From the NCBI RefSeq assembly GCF_001194135.2, contig NC_068987.1:96022025-96069385 (forward strand): a stretch of DNA of 47,361 bases, read 5' to 3'. The position numbers and the translations under genes are program-made. Every line of letters starts with the position of its first letter. Position 1 is the first letter of the stretch. Below, in pieces: positions 25,901 through 36,064 of this stretch. The notes under the pieces were generated by a model. The model was not told the origin of the DNA, did no database searches, and worked only from the letters and a program-made list of their open reading frames with translations. Source of the DNA: Octopus bimaculoides. Its lineage: Eukaryota.

Positions 25901-28900
25901 TATTTTTCATTTCAGTATTGTTGATGAAAGTGGTGCTTCAATTTATAGTGTATCTCCTGTAGCTCAGAAGGAGCTTCCTGATATGGACCAGAACATTCGT
26001 GGCGCTGGTAAGTAGAATTAGAGAGAATTTTATTCTGTTATAAACCATTAAACTGTTATAGCAAGACTTCCCTACACTCTGAATAGAAGCTTATTGCATT
26101 TGGCCTTTAGAATCTGGAACACTTTTCTTTGCTGTGTGATCAGGGTTATCTCTGACAATGAAATTCAATCAGATGAGTTGTGTTGTTGTTTAATCCTAAG
26201 TCTGCTCTGATTAAGCAAACCTATGATTGAAAAGACATTCGTGTTGAAAAGACATTCGAGCGAGATCGTTGCCAGTGCCGATGGACTGGCCCTCGTGCTG
26301 GTGGCACATAAAACACCCACTACACTCTCGAAGGGCATCCAGCTGTAGAAACTCTGCCAAATCAGATTGGAGCCTGGTGGCGCCTCCTGGTCCACCAGCA
26401 CTCAGTCAAATCGTCCAACCCATGCTAGCATGGAAAGTGGACGTTAAACGATGATGATGATCATGATGATGATCATCATCAAAGATGTTCAAACCATGAG
26501 ATTACATTGTCCACTATATCCTTCTGTATTGGATGTTAGTATATACTTACTTACTTAAGGCCTTTGCTCCCTCTGGAGCATAGGACATTGATGACTCATG
26601 TCCGATGTTCTAATGACTCAGGTAGTTCATCAATTCAGTAGTATCATTTCCGTAGTATTGATATCACTTCAACAAGGACATACTTTGTTGGTATATTTTG
26701 ACTGACAATAAGCAAGAGACAAATTCATGTTTGCACTTATGTGTTGACTACTGCATAACTTTGTATGTATGCAGCTTTAGAACTATCTATCTCTCTGATA
26801 CTTAACTCTCAGTAGGCATGTCCATCTAGTTGTATGTGTGAACCACAGGTGCTATAGTTAGTTACTGTGAGCACCAATAGTACTATTGCTTTGTTGACTA
26901 ATAGTGCCTACCAATTTTAATGCCAACTGGTTAATGAATTTTCATGTTAACTAGTATAGCAATTATATTGCTAACTAGCCTTCTAACTGTCATTCCAACT
27001 ACTATACCAATTATATTGCTATCAAGTCTATTACCAATTAAAATAACAACTAGCTTGTCAAATGTAATATTTATTAGTCTACCAATCAATTCCTTCCACA
27101 ACAAATGCTCCCTGTGATAGTTCATAGGGAGCATTTGTTAGTTCATTGCCCTCTCTAGGATTATTATTTATTTATCTAAGTTCCAGTTATGTGGACCTTT
27201 GCGACCCAGGAAAATTTATTCGAGGCAGTGGATTGTCAGAATTATTTGTGTCAGATGAAACGCCTTACAGTATTTAAATACACTTCCTTACGTTCTGAGT
27301 TCAAATCCTGCAGGTGTCTGTTATCATTCAGCTATTGATAAAATAAAATACCATTCAATACTGGAATCAATTTTTATTTGCATAATGCATCCTAGACATG
27401 AATAAAATTACGAGAGAAGCTTTTATAATGAAAGTCTTTAAGTCTGTAATTCCATAACTTCTATTTCTCTTTCCCTCATCCTAAGTTCATTAGGGCTTAT
27501 TAATTACAGATGTAACAAATACTTCTGATCACAAAAATGTTTACAAGTTGATATTTCACTTATCCCACCCAGGTGAAATTTATATAGCATTATTGATTAA
27601 CTGACTGATTCTTCTTTCTGCTTTAGTCTCTATAGCTCGCCGTCTTCAGGATCCTATTGCAGAACTAGTCAAGATTGAACCTAAACACATAGGAGTTGGA
27701 ATGTATCAGGTGAGTATTGATTTGTGCAGAATAGAACTTGACTTTTTTTCCAGTTCTATATTTATTAAGTATTCTATACCCAAAGCAGCCCTGGAGTAGA
27801 GAGGGCATATCATTGATTAGGTTACAAATGGTGATGAAAAGACTGGCAAATTCAGCTGTTTGATTGATTGACTAAACAATTAACAGTCTCTTGATGTCTG
27901 CATACTGGATGATGACATGTGTTGGTCAGTCTCATCTGTGATTTTTATCAAGTGCCTTATATCTTGGATATACACAGACATGACAGAAGTAAATAGACAC
28001 CCCATAAAACATTGCTTTATATTTCTTCTTATAGCATGATGTTGCGGACAGCAAGTTGAAAGATGCTTTAGATGGTATTGTACAGGAGTGTGTCAGTTTT
28101 GTTGGAGTTGACTTGAATACAGCTAGTGAACATCTATTAAGGTAAGTTACTCAGGTAAACCTTCTCATCTCTATTTTACATCATCATCATTATCATCACT
28201 TAATATTTGTTTTCCATGCTAGCATGGGTTGGATGGTTTGACAGGAGCTGACCAGCTGAAGAGCTACTCAGGCTCCATGTCTGTTTTGGCATGGTTTCTA
28301 CAGCTGGATGCCCTTCCTAATGCTAACCACTTTACAGAGTACTGGATGCTTTTATGTGGCACCAGCACCTACGTGCCCACAAGATTAGGATCACTTGGCT
28401 GAAATGGGATATAGGAGACATGCCTGTATACGAGGACACCCATAATTTTACTTAGCTTGACGTGTCTTCTCAAGCACAGCAAACCATCAGAAGTCTCAGT
28501 TCCTTGTCATCCCTTCTGTGAAGTCCAATGTCTGAAGATCCTTTCTCACCATTCTTACAAATGTACAATTGCATCTAAGTAGATGGGATTATTTCTCCGT
28601 GCCTAAAGGTTTTGTGCAGTCAACTTTACAGTCAGCTGTACTCATCAGTGAGTTTAAAATGATAAAATGATTACTAAAATATTTAAGTGTTGGTTCTTTT
28701 GATTTTGATTGGTCATATGATTGATGGTCTTGTGTTCTTTTTGTCAAATATAAAGTGGTAGTTTTATGTTGAAGTTAATCAGAGGGTACTTTGGTATATA
28801 CTGGAAAGTTATGATATGCTCAGATTGTTTTTTACACTCACCGGTTTGATTTTAGAAGAAAAAAATATAAATAATAAATGAGTGGAAATCAAACCGGTGA

Positions 28901-29634
28901 GTGTGTCCATGTGATGTTTGTATTCATTTAAGGATTCATTGGCATTGGAAGGGGATCAAGTCATAGAAACCATGCCAAAGCTGACATTGAAGGTCAACAC
29001 AGTCCTCTGGCTTGTCAGATTCTTTCAAACCATCCAATCCATGTCAGCATGGAAAAAAGACATTAAATAATAACAAGAGCATTCAGAGAGCGCAAACCTC
29101 CGCAAAGGCAACAGCAACTTCCTCTCAATGATTAACCAGAGATGTTTTTTTAAAATGAGAATATCTGAAATAAACTCGACTGCCCTCACAAACGAGAATA
29201 CTAAAAATGAACCTGACCGCTCTCAAAAATTAAGTAAAAGTAGAAAATATATATTCATCTAAAGCTAAACAGTAATTCTGTTTGTTATTGCTCAAGTTAT
29301 CTAAATCTCTGCATTTGTTCAGGTAACAGAAAAGGAGAATCTTTTGTTGTAGTCTGAATGAAAAGGATATGTCACAGTTGAGTGAATAAACACTTTTTGA
29401 ATGATTGCATTAAGTACCCAGCATGGTTGAATGGTTAAGAAGTCTGCTTCCTAGCCATGTGATCTCAAGTACAGTCTCACTGCATGATACCTTGAGCAAG
29501 TGTCTTCTACTTTAGTCCTGGCCTGACCAAAGATATGTTAGTGTATTTGGATGAGAGAAATTGAAAGAAACCCATCATTATGTTTATGTATGTATGTATA
29601 TGCGTGTCTATATATGTATATGTTTGTTTATACG

Positions 29635-29675
<41 letters not shown>

Positions 29676-30100
29676 ATTTGAATGTATCTGTGTTTATGAT
29701 TATGAAGGTGCATCGCTCAGTGGTTAGAGTGTTGGGCTCGCAGTCATGGGATAGTGAGTTCAATTCCCGGACCGGTCTCTGTGTTGTGTTGTGTTCTTGA
29801 GCAAGACACTTTATTTCACATTGCTCCAGTTCACTCAGTTGTAGAAATGAGTTGCGATGTCACTGGTGCCAAGCTGTATCGGCCTTTGTCTTTCCCTTGG
29901 ATAGCATCAGTGTCATGGAGAGGGGAGGCCGGTATGTATGAGCGACTGCTGGTCTTCCGTAAAAAAAACCTTGCCCAGATCTGTGCCTCGGAGGGTAACT
30001 TTCTATGTGCAATCCATGGTCATTCATGATTGGAGAGGGTTCTCACCCTGTGTTTATAATGTGTGTTTGCATGCATGTCTGTAACTCCTCATGTTGATAT

Positions 30101-30131
<31 letters not shown>

Positions 30132-31801
30132 GTATGTGTATATATACATATACATATACATAAATATATTTACATGCACACATACACACACAGAACAGAC
30201 TTCTTTGACCTGCAAAGGGGACACAATAGAGGAGTGTAATAACTGAAGATTTGCTGTGCTTGAGAAGACCTGTCCAGCTAAGTAAAATCAAGGCCACCAA
30301 AAGCAACTTGACATTGAATGTTCCAAGTGCATGTGGATGTCTAATCACAGTGCATCATCAAAGAAACACCTGTTGCATTTTGTTACAGAGAACTAACATC
30401 TCTTGTATAATATAGATATAGTTGTAGATTTAAGCTTTACTTTTATCATCCTCAGCAGTGGCATCAGCATCATTTACTGTCTGCTTTCCATGCTGGCATG
30501 GGTTAGACAGTTTGACTGAAACTAGTAAGCTGGGGAGCTGCACCAGGTTCCAATTTGGTTTGGCATGGTTTCTATGGCTGGATGCCCTTCCTAACACCAA
30601 TGCCCTTCCTAATGCCATGTATATGTTTATATCAAAGTATATATAATGTGTTATATAACTTATGATAAATATAATACAAATTTGTGTGTGTGTGGCACGT
30701 AAAAGCACCCACTACACTCTCGGAGTGGTTGGCGTTAGGAAGGGCATCCAGCTGTAGAAACTCTGCCAGATCAGATTGGAGCCTGGTGCAGCCATCTGGT
30801 TCGCCAGTCCTCAGTCAAATCGTCCAACCCATGCTAGCATGGAAAGTGGACATTAAACAATGATGATGATGATTATATAAATATATATATGATGTGTAAC
30901 TTAAATTTATATATTATACATTTTGTATTCTGTTAGTGATTATTGTGTCATATATGTATAACCTCTAGTATTGTGTAATATGCATAAGTATAGTATTAAT
31001 TCAATAGATATACCTTTTTATTTCCAGGATGGTGTCAGGTCTGAACTCATCACAGGCTAAACATATCATTGAATGGCGAGAAAAACAAGGAAACTTTTGT
31101 AACCGTGAGCAGTTAAGACTGGTGAAGGGCATCGGAGAGAAAACATACAATCAGTGTGCAGGATTTGTCCGAATTAACCCTACTTCAAATAGATCAAATT
31201 TGAGGTCTGTATTAAATATGCACACATGCATGCATGCATGTGCGCACATACACGCACACACACACACCTGTTGTCTTTCTATACATTTTGATGATGTATT
31301 TTGTGTCACTTTCATCAATGAGTATTCCAGCTGTTGAATCTATGAAACTATCTCTCAATGAGCAATAATGCTTGATTGAGTTGTACCCATAACCCTTTTT
31401 AAGATGATCTAAATTAAAAACCTTCTGTTAAAATTTCATGTCAGTATATGTTCTAAACACCAGCTTAATGACAAAATTACTTCGCTAAATTCTTCATTAC
31501 TTTCAGTATTAAATAAGATAAAGGCAGTATATTCCGGTTTCTTTTGGGTAACCCCTCGTATGTCTGAAAATGTCTGCTTCTTCAAAGCTGATCTGGGGTT
31601 AAATAACAATAACAATATTTCAATGTCTTACAGTGAAGAAGTGTTTGAAGTAGAAGAAGCAGGACCTTCAATGAGAGGAAAACGAAAACTGAAAACAGAG
31701 TCAAAGCAAAGTTCCAAGAAAGTCAAGCTGGAAGTGAATGATGGATCAAATCCACTGGACCGCACCTGGATCCATCCAGAGTCTTATGGTACTGCTTGCA
31801 A
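2313..31801 (+). CDS. SRBD1: S1 RNA-binding domain protein 1 / Tex-like gene, partial span: 14 internal coding exons, 5' and 3' exons not in view
   Basis: Manually spliced exons sum to 1920 nt in one stop-free frame with compatible intron phases. Tex-family motifs are present: [101 protein letters not shown]. Confidence 0.95.
3384..3580 (-). mobile_element. SINE-like family A, (GAT)n-tailed
   Basis: Recurrent (cat)n-cgtttaacgtccgctttccatgctagcatggg unit seen more than 10 times in the window. Confidence 0.8.
3881..4405 (+). mobile_element. Composite non-autonomous element: inverted partial tail + (GTT/GCT)n + tRNA-like head + (AAT)n + Penelope-type tail with hammerhead motif
   Basis: A-box-like 4102-4112 and B-box GAGTTCGATTCC 4145-4156. 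HHR-like motifs lie at 3929-3972 (-) and 4274-4317 (+). A 13/15 TSD flanks it at 3866-3880 and 4406-4420. Confidence 0.75.
5766..5883 (+). CDS. SRBD1: SRBD1 exon b ([39 protein letters not shown])
   Basis: accag|G...TTG|gtaagt; 118 nt, phase 2 to 0. Too short for the ORF track. Confidence 0.9.
6673..7455. mobile_element. Second head-to-head pair of tRNA-head/hammerhead elements (arms about 6701-6962 and 7175-7455)
   Basis: A-box TAGCGTAGTGG 7206-7216, B-box 7249-7260, CTGATGA-stem II-GAAA at 7390-7421, and the inverse at 6728-6770. Confidence 0.75.
7471..7555. other. 85-nt hairpin (about 35-bp stem, 12-nt loop) preceded by (TAACCC)3
   Basis: 7471-7505 is the reverse complement of 7518-7555 except for one G:U pair and a 3-nt bulge. 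Confidence 0.85.
7872..8320 (-). mobile_element. Family A copy with an internal tandem duplication of about 115 bp
   Basis: cacccgcacaagagccagtccaggg-cactggcaacgatctc occurs twice; this explains ORFs 7951-8406 and 8048-8329. Confidence 0.8.
8444..8582 (+). CDS. SRBD1: SRBD1 exon c ([29 protein letters not shown]...)
   Basis: cgttttag|TAT...TCAA|gtaagt; 139 nt; matches the Tex motif Y.P.K......A..AR..GLEP.A. Confidence 0.92.
9219..9851. mobile_element. piggyBac-like MITE interrupted by a SINE
   Basis: TTAA TSD at 9215-9218 and 9852-9855; termini ctccttagc...gctaaagag; body shared with 18884-19102 and 36743-36962. Confidence 0.75.
9408..9807 (+). mobile_element. tRNA-derived SINE family B, full length
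   Basis: gcgtaggagtggctgtgtggtaag head, central (AT/GT)n, gaaacaagtaaaagagt tail; 9-bp TSD taaataagc at 9399-9407 and 9808-9816. Confidence 0.88.
10219..10425 (+). mobile_element. SINE family C (aaggcggcgag...gttctgagttcaaattc...)
   Basis: B-box-like GAGTTCAAATTC. Copies at about 4960-5185(-), 13015-13097(-), 19992-20210, 20605-20825, 21025-21430, 39030-39222, 40542-40755, 41487-41690. Confidence 0.8.
10478..10672 (-). mobile_element. Family A copy, near-identical to the 7872 and 23915 copies
   Basis: Direct sequence match. Further copies at about 12401-12590(+), 23915-24066(-), 26260-26470(+), 30695-30870(+), 37360-37568(+), 44533-44710(+), 47334-47361(-). Confidence 0.85.
10992..11375 (+). 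mobile_element. SINE family B copy
   Basis: Collinear with 9408-9807. Others at about 8630-9000(+), 10690-10862(-), 22975-23230(-), 35140-35530(+), 38325-38490(-), 46490-46870(-). Confidence 0.85.
12829..12925 (+). CDS. SRBD1: SRBD1 exon d ([31 protein letters not shown])
   Basis: ttttaaag|AG...CT|gtaagt; 97 nt, phase 1 to 2. Confidence 0.9.
13720..13894 (+). CDS. SRBD1: SRBD1 exon e ([19 protein letters not shown]...[20 protein letters not shown])
   Basis: tttttaaag|A...CAG|gtaagc; 175 nt, phase 2 to 0; F..Y.DF....I..HQ Tex motif. Confidence 0.9.
14018..15749 (+). mobile_element. Decayed mariner (Tc1/mariner) transposon, about 1.3 kb after removing the nested SINE
   Basis: TIRs gggttggctgaaaagttc and gaagttttcagccaaccc, with TA at 15750. 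Transposase remnants: [44 protein letters not shown]. It carries stops and frameshifts, and the 2nd and 3rd catalytic Asp are changed to E and N. Confidence 0.92.
14328..14757 (+). mobile_element. SINE family B inserted in the mariner transposase ORF
   Basis: Interrupts ...LSTV / KWAAEF...; contains a 10-N gap. Confidence 0.88.
16177..16382 (+). CDS. SRBD1: SRBD1 exon f ([17 protein letters not shown]...[15 protein letters not shown])
   Basis: ctgcag|GTT...AG|gtaaga; 206 nt; LAINRGE motif. Confidence 0.93.
16765..17340 (+). mobile_element. Two adjacent older tRNA-head SINEs (about 16765-17015 and 17030-17340)
   Basis: gcatggcttagtggttag heads and a ccttgagcaagacactttatttc central block shared with 29710-30040. 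Confidence 0.65.
17990..18505. repeat. Degenerate (TG)n followed by (CAC/CAT)n microsatellites
   Basis: Direct inspection; explains the Cys/Val-rich ORF 17984-18562. Confidence 0.9.
18884..19102. mobile_element. piggyBac-like MITE
   Basis: TTAA flanks at 18880-18883 and 19103-19106; same body as the 9219 and 36743 copies. Confidence 0.7.
19343..19765 (+). mobile_element. hAT (Charlie-like) non-autonomous element
   Basis: Ends cagcagtccacaa... and ...gttggagacccctg are typical hAT-Charlie TIRs; the 8-bp TSD matches only 5/8. Confidence 0.65.
21595..21752 (+). CDS. SRBD1: SRBD1 exon g ([15 protein letters not shown]...[19 protein letters not shown]), start of YqgF-like domain
   Basis: ttttcag|A...G|gtgagc; 158 nt. 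Confidence 0.94.
23300..23396 (+). CDS. SRBD1: SRBD1 exon h ([31 protein letters not shown])
   Basis: ttgtag|GC...AG|gtaaca; 97 nt, phase 1 to 2. Confidence 0.9.
24110..24480 (-). mobile_element. Highly decayed LINE remnant, possibly I/Jockey-like
   Basis: Weak minus-strand similarity ([11 protein letters not shown]) to post-RT LINE regions. Confidence 0.3.
24959..25066 (+). CDS. SRBD1: SRBD1 exon i ([19 protein letters not shown]...KVQY)
   Basis: tttcag|G...TG|gtacaa; 108 nt; IGNGTA.RET motif. Confidence 0.93.
25916..26007 (+). CDS. SRBD1: SRBD1 exon j ([30 protein letters not shown])
   Basis: tttcag|T...G|gtaagt; 92 nt. Confidence 0.94.
27627..27709 (+). CDS. SRBD1: SRBD1 exon k ([27 protein letters not shown])
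   Basis: ctttag|TC...CAG|gtgagt; 83 nt; hallmark Tex motif. Confidence 0.95.
28035..28141 (+). CDS. SRBD1: SRBD1 exon l ([35 protein letters not shown])
   Basis: ttatag|CAT...AG|gtaagt; 107 nt. Confidence 0.95.
28835..28903. mobile_element. Miniature Tc1/mariner-type MITE (69 bp)
   Basis: Perfect 19-bp inverted repeat acactcaccggtttgattt (28834-28852 and 28886-28904) with a 33-nt spacer; TA on the left, TG on the right. Confidence 0.65.
29710..30040 (+). mobile_element. tRNA-head SINE family D
   Basis: A-box-like cgctcagtgg, B-box gagttcaattccc, and a central block shared with 17030-17340 and about 21950-22090(-). Confidence 0.7.
31028..31204 (+). CDS. SRBD1: SRBD1 exon m, HhH ([46 protein letters not shown])
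   Basis: ttccag|G...AG|gtctgt. The donor is weak but gives the phase 2 needed for the next exon. Confidence 0.88.
31634..31801 (+). CDS. SRBD1: SRBD1 exon n (basic linker + [17 protein letters not shown])
   Basis: ttacag|T...AA|gtaagt; 168 nt. Nearby upstream AGs give a stop or the wrong phase. Confidence 0.88.
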
Positions 31802-32029
31802 GTAAGTTGATTTCTCTTTGATATATATCCTTTGTCATTGTATGTATTGTCATCATAATTACCAATGAACTGAAAGAGAGAGAAATAGACAAGACAGAGA
31901 GAAAAGTAGAGAGAGAGAGGGAGAGAGTGAGTGAGAGGAGAAAGGATACAATCAAACAGGGAGTAATGAGGGATATTCCCAAAGAGAAATTGATAGAGAG
32001 AGTGTGGATAAAAAATTGTAGTGAGAGAA

Positions 32030-32360
32030 AGGTCTTGTGCCTTCTGATCATGTGCTAATCCAGCTTGTGGTGCATATGCCAAGATAAATATTAATGCTGC
32101 ATTATCTAATACTAGTCTTAACTTATCAATCCTATCACACGCCCTGACTATCTTGATCACTTTATCTGCCCACTTATCTGGCAAGACCATACCTATATCA
32201 CACATGTCATCACTACTACTTACCCACAAGAGTTTGTACTTTTGTTCCTTGCCCATGAAGAGTCTAGTAAAAGCTCCCTTCCATCAAGCAGCTACGTGCC
32301 TCTGTTGTAGCATTTCAGCAATCTCACCAGCCCAGCCTGTCATTGTGTTGTTATTGTTTG
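32030..32360 (-). mobile_element. RTE LINE endonuclease fragment
   Basis: ORF 31723-32256(-) contains DRIDKLRLVL...ILAYAPQAGL, typical of RTE APE endonuclease. Confidence 0.75.
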
Positions 32361-32640
32361 TGGTGGCCCTAATGATATGAACTTCAGCAGAGTGAAACAA
32401 GTAATTGGAGTATTATTGTTTATGTCTATAAAGAAGAGGAATATATTTGTGAATGTCTGCCAACAGGAAGTGAGTCTTTTCACATGTCCTGTGAAACAGG
32501 TAATTGTTACTCAATGAATTACATTTTCTCTTAGTCTTGCCAAACCTTCAGAAAAAGCATCTGAAAGCAGAGGGGGATAGGAGTAGCAATAGTACATATA
32601 TGCATATACATACCTGTATTTGAGCATATAGACACCCTAA

Positions 32641-32680
<40 letters not shown>

Positions 32681-33186
32681 NNNNNNNNNNNNNNNNNNNN
32701 NNNNNNNNNNNNNNNNNNNNNNNNNNNNNNNNNNNNNNNNNNNNNNNNNNNNNNNNNNNNNNNNNNNNNNNNNNNNNNNNNNNNNNNNNNNNNNNNNNNN
32801 NNNNNNNNNNNNNNNNNNNNNNNNNNNNNNNNNNNNNNNNNNNNNNNNNNNNNNNNNNNNNNNNNNNNNNNNNNNNNNNNNNNNNNNNNNNNNNNNNNNN
32901 NNNNNNNNNNNNNNNNNNNNNNNNNNNNNNNNNNNNNNNNNNNNNNNNNNNNNNNNNNNNNNNNNNNNNNNNNNNNNNNNNNNNNNNNNNNNNNNNNNNN
33001 NNNNNNNNNNNNNNNNNNNNNNNNNNNNNNNNNNNNNNNNNNNNNNNNNNNNNNNNNNNNNNNNNNNNNNNNNNNNNNNNNNNNNNNNNNNNNNNNNNNN
33101 NNNNNNNNNNNNNNNNNNNNNNNNNNNNNNNNNNNNNNNNNNNNNNNNNNNNNNNNNNNNNNNNNNNNNNNNNNNNNNNNNNNNNN
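32681..33186. other. Assembly gap after (AT)n
   Basis: N run. Confidence 1.
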
Positions 33187-34313
33187 AAAATGTAAATACA
33201 AACGGAATGAAATAAATTTCACATAAATCGGATAAGTGGTTGTGAAGATAAGGATTTTCAGGGTATAAATACTCAAAACTGTGCATGATGGGAAACGTCT
33301 CCGAAATTAACTTAATCCTGAAAAGGAAGTGACTCTTATCTTTTGATTAGACTGACTTGACAATGAAAAAATACCGTGTTTTTTTTTACAGTAAATGTTT
33401 CTATTTTTGCTGTTGTTAAACACAATATTTTAATTATTTAGAAATATTTTTAAGTGAATGTGATTTCAAAAATGTAAATTGTTTGTACAATAAGTATTTA
33501 TATTTTAGCTCTCTTTAAACAGACAATATTTTAATGTTTTTGAAATTTATTTTCAAATGAATACCATTACGAAAATTTTTTTTGGCATAAATATTTCATA
33601 AAAGACCCATTCATAACCTCGGTGTGAAATTTTTTTCCATAGGTTTTTTTTTAGTGCATTCAACGTATCTCACTTCCAAAGATTTAGCTGCTATTTCTAG
33701 TATGCCCTGCTACCACATAACTGCTATTTGCAATAAAGGACTTGAAATACCCATTATGTAGTAGCAAGGTGTGCAAGAAATAGCTGCCAAATCTTTCCTT
33801 TTCTGGGTAAAGGAGCCGCTGACATGTGATTTCGATGTCACATTCATTGAAAGCATGCAAAATAACCTGGAAAAGAAAAAAAGACCCACAAAATAAAACT
33901 CTGTTGCTAGGAAACTCAGACTTTCCCGGTGACCCAACAGGTCATGGGTAGTCTAGTATATATATAAATATAAGATCCAAGGATCAAGGTGTAGGAAGAA
34001 AGTTAGCTTCAAGCAATCTATAGTAAATATGAAAAACAACTTTCAGGAATAATAGTGATTTATTGAGGCGGAAAGTTGTGGATTTTTTCATATTGAAGTA
34101 CAATAAGCTGAAAAAAATTCTTTTTATAATTCACAGTAGGCAACTAGGCTTGCTGGGTATGCAAATAAGAGTTAAGGAAACAGAGTTGATAAGATCCAAG
34201 TTACATATGTTTCATAGCGAGTGGAATCTCGGAAGTGGTAAATATTCGAGCAAGATGTATACCGCAGGCTACTTGTCAGGTCATGGGTAGTCTAGTATAT
34301 ATATAAATATAAG

Positions 34314-34839
34314 NNNNNNNNNNNNNNNNNNNNNNNNNNNNNNNNNNNNNNNNNNNNNNNNNNNNNNNNNNNNNNNNNNNNNNNNNNNNNNNNNNNNNNN
34401 NNNNNNNNNNNNNNNNNNNNNNNNNNNNNNNNNNNNNNNNNNNNNNNNNNNNNNNNNNNNNNNNNNNNNNNNNNNNNNNNNNNNNNNNNNNNNNNNNNNN
34501 NNNNNNNNNNNNNNNNNNNNNNNNNNNNNNNNNNNNNNNNNNNNNNNNNNNNNNNNNNNNNNNNNNNNNNNNNNNNNNNNNNNNNNNNNNNNNNNNNNNN
34601 NNNNNNNNNNNNNNNNNNNNNNNNNNNNNNNNNNNNNNNNNNNNNNNNNNNNNNNNNNNNNNNNNNNNNNNNNNNNNNNNNNNNNNNNNNNNNNNNNNNN
34701 NNNNNNNNNNNNNNNNNNNNNNNNNNNNNNNNNNNNNNNNNNNNNNNNNNNNNNNNNNNNNNNNNNNNNNNNNNNNNNNNNNNNNNNNNNNNNNNNNNNN
34801 NNNNNNNNNNNNNNNNNNNNNNNNNNNNNNNNNNNNNNN
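34314..34839. other. Assembly gap
   Basis: N run. Confidence 1.
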
Positions 34840-34911
<72 letters not shown>

Positions 34912-35534
34912 CATCTATACTTGTAAGAAAAAAACCTTTTGCTGTTTAAGCAACCAGTAAAGCATACATTTTCAGTTTGAAAACAGCTACTTAAAGCTCA
35001 AAACTCATATCCGAGTAACTCACTGTAAACATTATTATTAATAAGGTTAAAATAAAAACTATCCCCCACAAAAAAGTCATCTCTACTCATTATTTCAAAT
35101 ATATATGATATTGTATCAAGAACTTTCTTTTTGTTATTCTGTGGCTGTGTGGTAAGAAGCTTGCTCCCCAACCACATGGTTTCGGGTCTAGTCCCACCTG
35201 CATGGCACCTTGAGCAAGTGTCTTCTACTATAGCCTTGGGCCAACCAAAGCCTAGTGCATGGATTTGGTTGACGGAAACTGGAAGAAGTCCATCACACAC
35301 ACACACACACACACATATTCATGTGTGAGTTTGTGTTTGCCCCTGCCATCACTTAACAACTGATACAGGTGTGTTATGTTCCTGTAACTTAGTAGTTCAG
35401 CAAAAGAGACCAATATAATTAATACTAGGCTTACAAAGAACAAGTCCTGGAGGTCAATTTCTTCGGCTAACACCCTTTAAGGCGGTGCTCCAGCATGGCC
35501 GCAGTCAGATGAGTGAAACAAGTAAGAGAAGATA

Positions 35535-35982
35535 TATATATACACACATGCACACATCTGTTTTGTTTAAATGTCGGAAAAATGAGTATTCAGTATCATA
35601 GTAGAGATAAATAAGTATTTTATGTGGGTGTACAGGGTCTTCAGCATGTTATGACATAGCTTGTGGCAAAATAATATGTGTGCATATGTGTCTCCATTCT
35701 ATTTGTATGTGTGTGATTTTGTTATCTATATATATTTGTGACGTGAAAAGGCGTTTTTTTTCTTCTTTTGTTAAATCAGCAATCAATACAGAAAAGACTT
35801 GGAGAAGAGTTTACAAACATTTTTGTACATTTCAAAATATTTCTGTGGTCGCCATTGGTTCATGTATTTTCCCAGCATAAACCTATATGTGAGACTAAGT
35901 CAACCAGTTGCTACTGAATTGTACTTTTATTTTGTGTCTACTACGTTTCTACTTCTATTGTCTTTCACCCGCCTAAACCTGA

Positions 35983-36064
<82 letters not shown>

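Noticed and set aside
29300-29330. AG|GTAAC recursive-splice-like site (also cag|gtagta near 2686)
   Set aside because: Weak donor, short introns, and expected by chance; the 2686 site lies in a repeat.
32531-34914. Long ORFs of 184-251 aa
   Set aside because: They consist of X residues translated from N gaps.
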